From assembly GCA_026025795.1 (NCBI GenBank), contig JAPEUG010000044.1, positions 48,767-68,766 on the forward strand: a DNA stretch of 20,000 bases, written 5' to 3'. Positions within the stretch are counted from its first letter, which is position 1. Every line of letters starts with the position of its first letter. Below the pieces are notes generated by a model that saw only the letters and a program-made list of their open reading frames with translations, had not been told where the DNA came from and ran no database searches. Of the stretch, positions 1 through 10,732 are shown in pieces. The stretch is from Thelocarpon superellum (Eukaryota). The translations under genes were made by a program, and so were the position numbers.

Positions 1-1214
1 TCCGCTACCTTCCCCAGAGAGCGGGCGCGCTTGGCCATGTGCATCCATGAGAAGGATGTTATTGCCTGCATAGTAAGTGTGTGACTTGCCCGTTGCGCAG
101 GAATACCTACAAATATTGTACCATAAGCTCCATCATAAGTCCAAGATGATGGGTCATAGCGCCAAATGAAGGGTCGCGAGGGCAATCCTGCGATGGACCC
201 GTAGTGAGCGACAGAAGGCTGAGTCGCTAGCGCTTTTCGGCCACAAAAGCCATCATCTAACTGGGCGGCTCGAATGTATCATGTCTCCACGGTGCATCGA
301 GCCAATGCAAAGCACAGAGATCGTGGAGTCGAAATCTCCTTGAGCTGACACCTGTTCATGCAAGCTCCTCTTGACCTGCGGCGGTCTGCTTCTCTGTGCG
401 ATTGTGATTCCAAGACTCGGATCCTGGGGCTGTGCACAATCAGTCCCGTCTTGTCCGTCTGCCGGCCAGGAAGACACGACCGATGACTCAGGCTGGAGCG
501 TCATCAGCGTCGCTGTTGTGAAGGATGTCTTCATACCTCTCGAGCTCGCGGCTCTCTGCAATGCAGACATGGCAAATTCGTCAGAACGCGTCCTTGTCAT
601 ATCGACTACGATCTAGATCAATGCATATCCTGATTGACTCAACAGATCAAGTCAGCGACAAGGACAGTCGGCTTCCATGTTGACTTTGATGGGGTTGATG
701 GAATAACGCGTGAATTGAATTTTCTTCCGTGGCCGCAAATGCAAACGCACAAAGCTTACACCTCTGAAGGGTCCGTGATGGGCGAACAATGTGCCCATCC
801 AAAACTTGGACACGGATATCCCGGGAGGCTTGCTGAATCTAGAGGGGACCGGAGGAAATAGAACCTGGATCGTTGCCTCGCACTGCTCGCTTTGCACTGA
901 CAAGTCCAAGCTGAAGAACGAAGCCAGCCCATGTGTCGTGACTGATCCCCGCCCTCACGGTTTGTAACGAATGCTGCAATGCCCTTGACGTCGTCGCTGC
1001 AGATAATTGACAAGCCGTCCTCATCCTCAACCGCATGTGCACTTTGACCAGGAGAACAAGCGCAGCACGTTCAAGTGAAGAAGGCTACAGTGAATGCGTG
1101 AAAACATGATGCAACTGCCAATGTGGTCCATCGCCACGGCGATTCATCAACCTCCACTGATCCTTTCACGACCATCGTCGTGCCTCTCGCTCCTGCGCAC
1201 GCGCACGGCCAGCC

Positions 1215-2810
1215 ATGGAAGGCATGTCCAACTGGATGCGCGGGATCCACCCTCCCCGTCCAGCAACGCCCAGCGGCGAACCGTTGGGCCTCGCTGATGC
1301 CGAGTCACCCCCGCCAGCCTGGTCGAGACCTGTCGCGAGACTGTCAGCCCTCCTGCCCGCTTTCCGGTCTACCGCCACCATGGACTCCTTCGTTCTCTCC
1401 CCAGAGCCCATGTACAACTTCAAGGATGACGTCTACAACCCGGACGTCGACCAGATGGTCAATACCTTGCAAACCGCCCTCATGACGCGACCGGGCAAGG
1501 GTCTGGGGCCTGAGTACTACAGCTTCTTGTGCCACGTCCTCGAGGCCCACCGCGCCATGAGGGGCCAGATTGAGCGCCTCGAGAGCCAGGTGAAGGAAGC
1601 GTTGAACAAACGCATCGTGGATCATGAGGATTTCGATCGGACCGCGATGCTGTGGTCGGTGGAACGCGAGAAGTATCGCGCCGAGGTCAAGCGCCTCGAG
1701 ATCTTACTGTCCAAGGGATCTGAAGGTATGGAGGCCGTCATGCTGGCCCGCGCCGGGAGTTTGATCCGGAAGGAAGACGGCGTCAAACTGCCCTCGAGAC
1801 CAAAGAAGCCGAAGAAGCCGACCGTCATCGCGGAGGAAGAGCGTGCACGCCGTAAGACCTGAACGCTCTGGACATTTGACGAGAGATGTGCTGACGAGCT
1901 GTGAGTAGCCATGCTTCCCGTCCTCCCGGAGACCGACCCCGATGTCCTCGTCAGCCAGGAATTCGCCCGCCAAGACAACGATGCTCCGGAACAGTTCTAC
2001 GGCTCTCGCCCCAATCAGGCACACGAGGCTGGATTCATGAAGCTCCGTTTTCATGACCCAAAGAAGAACAAGCAAGGCGAGGTAAAGGGAAAGCATCGTG
2101 AAAAGGAGACCGGCGATACCGCGTCGGCGCCAGGGCCAGCGCCGTCCGCGTCGGTCGAGACCGGCGACGGCTCCGAGGACGACGACAAACCCTTCCGCCT
2201 GATGTCTAAGACGTCCGCATCGCGCCACATAGTCTCATCAGACGGAACGGCATCCACCATGGCCATGTCCTCGCGCTCTCCTGCCCCTGCATCGCCCTTC
2301 CCCGCCTCGACGAGCGGCGGCAGCGTGCAATTCGGCGATGCACGTCCAGCTCGGTCCAGATTCTCGACGACCGCATCGTTGGGTCACCGCCGTGGCTTCT
2401 CCTTCCAGGCCGGCGATGACACGGGACTGTCCGGGCTCAACACCTCTACCGAAGCATCCGTCCGTCAGCGAGCCATGAGAATTGACGTCGGCGGACAGGG
2501 GCGCGGCCAGAAGCCTTTGCTCCTTTCGCCCTCCATCACCGGACCGCCACTCTTGAAGCCGAGTCCCCTGTCGAGCGTCACCAGCTCCGCGCCCAGCTCG
2601 GGACCGTCTAGCCCGAGCGCTGATCTGATGATCGAGGTCCCTCATCGAAAACAGTCGTCGAGCAGCACAGCCACAATGGAGCACATTTCTTCCCGTCAGA
2701 GCACGTCCCGCGGAAGCCAACGCTCGAGCCGCACCCGGAGTGACGCGAGTGTCATCGCTGCTGCAAAGGCCTTGCAACTCCACGACCCGGAACACGCCAA
2801 GCCGATCTAA
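1215..2810 (+). CDS. Conserved fungal hypothetical protein, two exons (1215-1851, 1909-2810), ~512 aa; coiled-coil N-terminal half, Ser/Pro-rich disordered C-terminal half
   Basis: ATG in good context (GCCAGCCATGG). The 215-aa and 299-aa ORFs are in the same frame and are joined by a 57-nt intron 1852-1908 (GTAAGA donor, GCTGAC branch at 1890-1895, TAG acceptor) that removes the TGA at 1860-1862. Heptad-like segment (MRGQIERLESQVKEAL...YRAEVKRLEILLSKG) and an HRRGFSF.AGDD motif. Function not recognised. Confidence 0.8.
1852..1908 (+). other. Spliceosomal intron (57 nt)
   Basis: GTAAGA...GCTGAC...GTAG; joins C|CC ATG in frame. Confidence 0.85.
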
Positions 2811-3100
2811 GCATGACTACGTTCGGCGGCGAACGGCGTCACACAACACCGGGCGAGGAGGGGTCAAGGGCGAGAGAATCGGACACGGACGCACGGGTTT
2901 CTCGATGGATTGTCATCACGGCAATGGTCATCACGGCGGGCGGTGCACGAGCGGTGGAGGGTCAGGCAGTCTCCAGCTTCAGATGATATGTGATGCGATT
3001 GGACGATGCGGGTACCTAGGATGCGTCTAATGCTCCTCTACCCTTTTTCCATCAATGACTTCTCTCAGTCAATCAAAGATCTGATCCCATATCCGTCCCC

Positions 3101-3139
3101 GTGTGCGTGTGCGTGTGCGTGTGCGTGTGCGTGTGCGTG
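3101..3139. repeat. Microsatellite (GTGTGC)6 plus partial unit
   Basis: Directly visible hexanucleotide tandem repeat ~35 nt downstream of the ureidoglycolate lyase stop, between two convergent genes. Confidence 0.95.
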
Positions 3140-3172
3140 ACCCTTTCTTCGCTGGACGAGTGAAATGCACCA

Positions 3173-4021
3173 TCACAGCTTGCTCTTCCCGTGCCCTCCC
3201 GATGTCGATAGTTCGGCCCTCGCAATGCCAGAGACGACGACGGATAGCCCCTCGCCTGTCTCATCGGAAGTGATCTCGACCTCCTGGCAATCTTCCTGTG
3301 CAACGCCATTCACATGCTGCAAGACGACAAAATCAATGGGTTTGGAGCCCAGCACGATCATGGGCGAATGCCATGTTCCTGCCCGATACGTGACAGCCTG
3401 AGAGCCATCGGCCAGGAAGGCTCTCGCCTTGCCCACGTCAGGACGGCCTAGTAATGGTAGCGGGACGGGCTTGGGAGAGGACAGCGTCCGTGGTGACGCT
3501 GGCTCCGGGAAGGGGGGTGGCCGCGCGAGCGAGAGTACCTCTCGCAGCGACCGTCTTGGCCGCGGCGGCGGCGGAGGAAAGGGGGGAGGCCGCGGGTCCT
3601 CGGAGCGCGAGGCTGGCAGTGTCGGCGCAACGACCACGAGATATCGGGTGTGCGGGTCCGACGGGGCCAGGCCAAGTGGAAGAAAGGTCTGGCCGGTAAA
3701 GGGATGGCGTTCGAGCACGCTGATTGGGAGCAGACCCTCCACCAACCCGTCCCGGCTTTCAGATGGCGTGTTCGCATCCGGGGTCACGGGCCGAGGAGAG
3801 CACACAAACGTGTTGATGGTGAGACGGGCGGTTTTCCGGCTCGGTGCGCGGCCATAGAGGTTCTGCATCTTTGAGACATCTTCGTACTTCATGGCAGTGC
3901 CCTGGTTGGCCCCAACGGCGGGCGTGCCGGGTGATTCGCTGGACTGTGATGGGCTCGTGATGACGTCCCCGAATGCGGCAAAGCTCTGAGACGATAATAG
4001 ATCGACGGTGATGCGGGCCAT
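3173..4021 (-). CDS. DAL3: Ureidoglycolate lyase (allantoin/purine catabolism), single exon, 282 aa, C-terminal PTS1 (SKL)
   Basis: Family motifs F.AFGDVI, ANQGTA, LERHPFTGQTF.P, YLVVVAP, AFLADGSQAVTYRAGTWHSPM, DFVVLQH.NG. First in-frame ATG is at 4021 (the ORF-track start at 4099 is TTG). Ends GKSKL-stop. Confidence 0.92.
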   Translation of the reverse strand: MARITVDLLSSQSFAAFGDVITSPSQSSESPGTPAVGANQGTAMKYEDVSKMQNLYGRAPSRKTARLTINTFVCSPRPVTPDANTPSESRDGLVEGLLPISVLERHPFTGQTFLPLGLAPSDPHTRYLVVVAPTLPASRSEDPRPPPFPPPPPRPRRSLREVLSLARPPPFPEPASPRTLSSPKPVPLPLLGRPDVGKARAFLADGSQAVTYRAGTWHSPMIVLGSKPIDFVVLQHVNGVAQEDCQEVEITSDETGEGLSVVVSGIARAELSTSGGHGKSKL

Positions 4022-7000
4022 CGCAACGGGCACTTCAGCTGGGGGGCGATGACGTCTGGTCCCGTTCGAGGGCAGAAACGTTTCGGTCCGTCTCAACAAT
4101 AGTAATGCGAAGAGCGGGCGCTAGGATCCTGCCACGAGAGTGGTGCTGACCATCCTCTCTCATGCCACCTCCCCTTTGAAACACGAGGCGTCGAAGGGGT
4201 TGTTTGTCTGTGTCCTTGCTTTGCTCCGGATTAGTGACGACGTCAACGTGGGGAGAGAGGTCTGTTGACGCGGGGCCGCTAATTTCGTGGGATTGTGCCG
4301 GACGCGCACACCGGCTATTCTTGGAACATCTCGGTAGCCAAAGACCGCTAGCCGACTACGGCGTAGCGACTTGACCGCGCCTCCACCAAACCGATCTTTT
4401 TCGAGAGGGAAGGCCCTCTGGGCTCGGTGCCCGACCTGCTGCGCATTCGCCCGAAGAGGGCATCGCCCAGAACTTGGGCGGTCGGTGAACAAAGAGAAAG
4501 GATAATCGAGATCGGTCGACCGGCGATGATTCACACCGCAGCGCTCTTGGGGCCTTCACCGCCCGGACAGGCCGGCAGGCCCGGCGTCTGTGTCATCGCA
4601 CCGTGGCATTTTGCTACGAGCTCACCGTCATGCGCTCCGTCATATGCCGGCGATGCCACCGTGCCATTGGATCCAGATGGCCGCGTGCGCTCCGAAAACG
4701 CGGTCTGCGTTGGCCTGGGAGAGATTATCTCCTCATCCTTGGCGTCGTCCCAGTCGTCGCGGGGGTCGGTGTATCTTCCAAATTGCCATTATCGCGAGCG
4801 AGTCTGGATGTCGGCAGCGCCGAGAGGAGTCGGTCGCACGTTAGTCAGGAAAAATGGAGGGTCCTGTCAGCAGGCAGCGAAGCACGCCGCAGATTGCCGT
4901 GGTCATCTCCCGCCGCAATTCCCGAGCGACCAGGTGGGAACCGTGGTCGCGGACCGTTCATCCTGGCTCGCCCACTACTTAGTCATGTTCCCGGTAGCCC
5001 TACGGCCGAACCCTCCCGTCCCTAGGGACGTAACTGGGGTTGAGTTCTCGTCATCGCTCGCCGCTTGCGCGATTTGCTGGCCAATCTCCCGACCGGGGGG
5101 GTCGTAGTCTGATCACAGCCCCCCATTGGTCGTCGATGACGCTCTTGAATCTTCCTGAATGGGCCATCGTGATACTCTGCGCGGCCGTAGTGATGGGCGC
5201 GTACGCTGACGTGGCGCAAACGCAAACATGGCCCAGGACGGAAAGCACCGATGCACGCGGCGACACCGTGTCCGTGGTGGTGGTCGTCTTGTGGAAAGGT
5301 TACGTCGAGGAGTCACTGCAACGCTGCAGACGCCATGCAATGCTTTGCCTGGCGACTGATCTACCCGAGTGACTGGATCGGTCGCTTCTCCCGAGCCCGA
5401 CTTGGAATGTCGTCCCTGTCCCACCTCCGGCCGTTCGGCGCCCCCATGCGAAACATCATCACGTCGAGGGCAAGGAGGCATGACGTTGGACGAAGTAAGG
5501 TTTGGAATTAACTCGACTCCCGTCGGTGCCTGATGTCCCCATCCAGGCCGATCTACTTATAGATACGCAGCTGATTTGTGTATCAATGCGGGGCCGAGCG
5601 TCGCGACAGACCCGAGTGGGAGGGAAACCGTAACGGCCTCCAAATTTATGCCCCGCCGTCGCAGACCCCAACGGTGACGGTGGTCATGCACATGCAGACA
5701 CATACCAAGAGCCTGTGGAGCAACTGGGGATGGGGACGGGGTCGAAGGATGAAGATGCTTTCAGGGTTACGGGGTCATGAATGCCGCAACGGCCGTAGCA
5801 TGTGCCATGCAGCATATCTTTCGTGCAAGGTCACTACTCCCCCACGGCTTGTGATTTACCTCGCAGTTGCGTAGGGCTGGGGGGTCGGCACTTGATCCTC
5901 GTACAAAAATAGATCGCTCGACCAAGCCTACACGCTTGTGCACCGACCTCGGGGGCCCTCTGAGCCTCGGGGGCCCTGTGGGGGCCCTGCTGGAGTGCGT
6001 CGAAGGTTCGATGGAAAGAGGACGTGCATGTGGTGGAGGGAAAAGAAGAGGGGAGGCGGGCGCAGGCGCAGGCTCCGCCACAACCCGAGGTCGGTGGTTG
6101 TCGGGTGGGCGAGGTGGACGAGGTGAGTCCTCGTGGTCACGGGCGCTGGTGGTGGCCACGTCAGGTACCACGACCCTCCCGGCCTCTCCCCGGACCACCC
6201 GCTCGCGAACTGGGCACCGCAACAGCCGACCGTTCAGTCATCCGCACGCAGACCCTGGCCCCGCTGTTACCGTAATTAGCACATCGCATCGGATTACGGA
6301 CGTGTAGGCCGCCGCAGGGCATCTCCGCCCGCGGCCATCGATCCTCTTCCACAAGGCCAGGGCGCATCGTCGGGTCCGGGAGACAACTCCGATCCCCCCC
6401 TGGGTCCGAGGAAGCGACCGCAGCGAGAGCGTGCAGCAGTCGGCGTCACGGGGGGTCAACGGTTGACGCACCAGAGCCACCCTCTCCCTTCGGGACGTAA
6501 GCATCGATGCACAGCAGACGATTGGCTCGAGGGAAAAAGGATGAAAGGAAGGGCCAGCACGCTAGAGGGGGAAAATGTCTAATCGACGGGATCTGGCGTG
6601 TCCTGAGGGTTTGCCGACGGACCGTCTGGCCCAAAAGGCCGGCCAGGAGGATTGTGGGTGGTCAGGATGGTAAGGGTCGCTTCACCGACACCTCGCTCCG
6701 TCGCGCTGCACCTTCGGGGCTGCCGACACGCCCCAGAACCGGCGACGGCAGGCATGTCAGCAGCACCTGATTGGCCCGACCGCGCGCCAGGGTCCGGCCT
6801 GCCCTCCCCTACCCTGCGGTGAGCGACGCCGGCTCTCGGGCGTGAGCGGCCAATCCCTCCCACCGTCGCGGGTCGGCCAGCACTGGCCGCTCCCCGTGCT
6901 GGCCCAGGCTAGCGTGGCCCTGCTTCCTTGGTGCCTCGCATAGGGCCGAGCGACCGCATGGCAAGCATTGCCGGGGCCGTCCATGGTCCCCCATTCTAAC

Positions 7001-7346
7001 CCTGGAAGCTGCTGCTGCGCATGGCCCTATAGTTCCTATAGTTGGGGCCTGCATAACCATCAGACTGCGCCCCCTCCAGTCAAAGCCCGATGCGACTTGA
7101 TAACCTCGTCGATCACTGCCCGACCCGATCCCCTACTCCATATATTCTCCATCACCTCCACGCCGCTTCGTTTGTTTGACACCTTGTTCCCCTCCCCAGT
7201 CCACCGTGTATATTCGCCTCGTTCCTCTCACTTCGCCCCCCGACTACCACCGATCCGCCCAGCTTCGCCGCAGTCCCTCTCGCCTCACCCTTCCCGCCTC
7301 GCGCGGCTGCTTGCTCTCCTCGTGGTGGTGACCACCGTCCCCCCTG

Positions 7347-7458
7347 GTAGGTAGCTCTCCGTGTTCGCCGGGCTCGCCCGCCATCGCTGGCATGGGCAGC
7401 TTCGCCCCTGGCGCAACTGGTTCCGGGGATCAGAGCGGCCTGGCTGACGGTGATGCAG
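7347..7458 (+). other. Probable 5'-UTR intron of the C2H2 transcription factor gene (112 nt)
   Basis: G|GTAGGT donor at 7347 (alternative GTAGCT at 7351), GCTGAC branch at 7443-7448, CAG acceptor at 7456-7458; preceded by a pyrimidine-rich leader. It would remove the ATG at 7453, leaving 7504 or 7534 as start. Confidence 0.6.
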
Positions 7459-7533
7459 CGTGACCTGAGCGTGCCCCGAATTTTTCCGCGCCCGCCGACG
7501 CTCATGACGAGCCTCGCCGATCCCACCGTCACC

Positions 7534-10258
7534 ATGGCGGCCCATGAGAATCTCAACGATTTTGATCTCTTTCCCGAGCACGGCAGCTACCCAGCCTACT
7601 TCGCGCACGAGCACCCGCGACATGACGGCTTCAACCTCGACAGCGTCCGGCCTTTCTCCATGGCGCCGGAGCTCGCGCCGCCATACGGACAAGATGCCCT
7701 GAGCACGTATGACGGCTATGCCGCGCTGCCGGCCTACAGCCATGTGCCCGCGCATGGCTTCTACGATGCTTCCCATGGGCTGGCCGATAATCCTACTGGC
7801 GCCCTGAAGCACGCGGACCTGGCATCCGTGCCGCGTGCGTCACCCACGGCATCTGTGGAACACGCGCCCTCCTCGCTCTCGACAGCGTCGGGACCGTCGG
7901 TGGCGAGCGCGGCCTCGTCCGCCATCGGATCGCCTCATGCCAACGTCGGTCAGCTTTCCACCGCTGGGACATGGGCCGACGGAGTCGAAGCCTGGGTTGA
8001 CCCCAACCCGAGCGTCGTCGCGGTCGACGCTTCCACCCAGGACCACCAGACCCCAATTGGCCTGGACTCAGACCTGCTCTTCCTCAACGACAAACTCTCG
8101 GCTGGCTTTGTGGGTGAGTCCAACGAAGTTCCTCCGTCTCCAAGAGCTATTCGGCCTCTTTCTTTTTCCTCTCCGGCATGTCCATCTCCTTTTTCTTCGT
8201 CCGAGCCTGCTGCTTTTCCATCCGCCGCCGTCCCGGAACGGAGAGTGACCATCGACACCATCCTGGAAGAGGCCAACGGCGAAGTCACCAGTGCCACCGT
8301 GCCGGCAAATCCGGCGCCCGCAACGCCGCGGAAGCGGGCAACCACCTTGGCCACCAGCACCCCACCTCCCGACGTCTCCGTGTTCCGCTCGCCATCCACC
8401 CCTGCCTCGGCACGACGCGGCCCTTCACCACTCTCCTTCTCTCCCTCCGGCATACGAGACCGCAAACGATCGCTCCAAGGCACCAGCACCCATGGACCAG
8501 TCGCGAAGAGACCGTTCTTGCGCAACCCGTTTGCTCCTCACCCGCCTGCGGCAGAGCTCAGGGAGCGTGATTCTGCTGCTGCAGGTGCTCAAACACCTCT
8601 TCGTTTCGGTCCAAGCATTGGCAGTCTCGTGAAGCCAAATGACTCTTCTTGTTGGTTTCCTTCTCTGCGCGTGTCCCATGATTTTCTACCTCTCTCCTCC
8701 TGTCTCTTTCTGTCTCTTGCTCTCTCTCCTTTCTTCTCGCTCTCTCTCTCTTTTCTATGCTCTCCGTCGACGCTTTCCGGGAACAGAGCTGACGTATCGT
8801 CACTTAGATCCAGCGCTGATTCAATCTTTCCAACCCTACGTGGGCGCCCCCACTCCCAACGCAGCTCTGTTGAACGAGGCGGGCGCTTTCGCCGCTCCTC
8901 ACATGGCATTCGTGCAACCGCCGTCGCCGGCACCTTCGCATGGGTCAATGGGCAGTCGAAGAGCAGGCTCGATCAACTTCAAGCGAGGAAGCGAATCGCC
9001 CTACCTCCGCACGGCCGCGTTCCAGCCCTACCGTACCTACTCCGACCCGCGACGACCGTCGCTCTCATCCGTGCACTCTTCCTTTTCGAGCCACGGCAGC
9101 CCTCGGTCGACGAGCGGCGAGCTGGATGACGAGGGCAAGGAGAAGGGCCGCTGCCCGAATCCGGATTGTGGCAAGGTCTTCAAGGACCTCAAAGCCCACA
9201 TGCTGACGCATCAGTCGGAACGACCGGAGAAATGCCCGATCGTGACGTGCGAGTACCATCAGAAAGGCTTCGCGCGAAAGTACGATAAGAACCGACACAC
9301 CTTGACCCATTACAAGGGGACGATGGTCTGCGGCTTCTGCCCGGGATCCGGGTCGGCGGCGGAGAAGAGTTTCAACCGTGCCGACGTGTTCAAGCGGCAC
9401 CTGACGGCCGTGCACGGCGTCGAGCAAACTCCCCCGAACAGCCGCAAGAAGCTGTCCACTGGCGGCAGCTCCGGACCCGGCTTCGCCGGCTATGCCAAGG
9501 ACGCGACGGGCAAATGTTCGACGTGCTCGGGAACGTTCAGCAATGCCCAGGACTTTTACGAGCACTTGGACGACTGCGTGCTACGGGTCGTGCAACAGGA
9601 GGAGCCCAGCGAGGCCATCAACGAGATTCATCTGTCCTCGACGCTGGACGACGAGGCGACGAAGAAGACGCTGCGGGCGCACTCGTTGCCATCCAACTCG
9701 CTCTATCCGTCGCCACATCTTGCCCCCTCCTCGGACAACGAGCAAGACGGCTTGGTGCGGGCGGAGACGATGGAGCCCCGCTCCCGAACTGGATCCATCC
9801 AGGTCACCGGGGCGGGACAGCCTCCTCCGCATTGACAATCAGCACATCCCCGAGGTGTCCCTTCGCACGTCGGGGGTGGCAACTCCATCCACCACAAAGG
9901 CCGAGGCTTGACCTACTCCAAAGGCGGCGTACCGCTGGCGAGCAAGGGCCGGAAGAATCGCAAGGAGTTTCCGTTGTCGTGGGGCTGTGCGCCCGAGCAG
10001 ATGAAGATGCGCAAGCGGGTGCTGTGTGTCTTTGACGGGCCGCGCCGGCTCTGGAAGGATGACATGATGCTCAACAACGAGTTCGAGGTGCGCCTGCACC
10101 TGGGCGACGGCAAGTCGTACGTGACGGATCTCGACGTGCAGACGTTGAAACGGGCGCACGCCTTCCACAACGCGACGGAGGAGGAGAAGGGGCCGTGGAT
10201 CTTGGACTCGGAAGACGACGACCGGTCTTCCGTCGACCTGCAGGAGCTGATGTCATGA
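7534..10258 (+). CDS. C2H2 zinc-finger transcription factor; exons 7534-8113 (or extended to 8650) and 8808-10258, with an internal in-frame TGA at 9833-9835
   Basis: Tandem fingers CPNPDCGKVFKDLKAHMLTH, CPIVTCEYHQKGFARKYDKNRHTLTH, CGFC...FNRADVFKRHLTAVH, then CSTCSGTFSNAQDFYEHLDDC. Start ACCATGG at 7534 (in-frame ATG at 7504 also possible). Intron GTGAGT(8114)...GCTGAC...TTAG(8807) gives GFV-DPALIQ. 535 aa to the first TGA; the same frame stays open a further 140 codons to TGA 10256-10258. Confidence 0.88.
8114..8807 (+). other. Intron with alternative donors (694 nt from 8114, or 157 nt from 8651)
   Basis: Donors GTGAGT (8114) and GTTGGT (8651) are both phase 1; long CT-rich tract ~8685-8765; branch GCTGAC at 8788-8793; acceptor TAG 8805-8807. 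Confidence 0.8.
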
Positions 10259-10732
10259 TGTCATGTTGATCGATGCTAATGTTTCTCTCCGTCGATCTCG
10301 GTCCGCACTTGGCGTGTTTGATTTCCGAGCGCTGTGCTCTTCTCATCTCACCGCCTTCTCGTCCTCTCCCCTGAGGAATGAGGTTTTGGAGCGATTAGCG
10401 CATGATTCAGGATTGTGCATCATTCGGGGCAGCGTTGGGTTTGGGGCGAGGATATTCTCGACGATGACATGATGACGGACGGGGGGATACCAAGGGCACG
10501 TTTCAATCTGTTGACGGATGCATCGTACCATCTCGTATCATCTTGATTTCCTTCTCTGTGATTTAGCTACGCGAATGTGACACGGAACTGTGCAAATGTG
10601 TCGTGCGTCGGACCCCGTGAGAAATGATATGATGTCTCTATGCATGATCACAGAAATATAGAGAAGAGGATAGGTCACATAGAGCACAAGATTCTTCCCG
10701 TACGCCCATTCCCCCTCCCGGATGCCACCACG

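Noticed and set aside
1..1100. Short ORFs at the start of the window
   Set aside because: No recognisable protein motifs or coherent exon structure.
4427..5107. 226-aa ORF and overlapping ORFs in the divergent intergenic region
   Set aside because: Non-ATG start, no recognisable motif, composition typical of chance ORFs in GC-rich DNA.
8639..8807. Hydrophobic signal-peptide/transmembrane-like start of the 398-aa ORF (MTLLVGFLLC...)
   Set aside because: It is the translation of the CT-rich intron tract; splice signals place this stretch inside the intron.
9755..9842. Ordinary intron removing the TGA at 9833 (TTGAC branch-like, CAG acceptor at 9840-9842)
   Set aside because: Available donors GTGCGG (9755) and GTCACC (9803) give 88 and 40 nt; both shift the frame to a stop at 9909-9911. 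No phase-1 GT donor was found in 9630-9830. Not fully excluded without RNA data.
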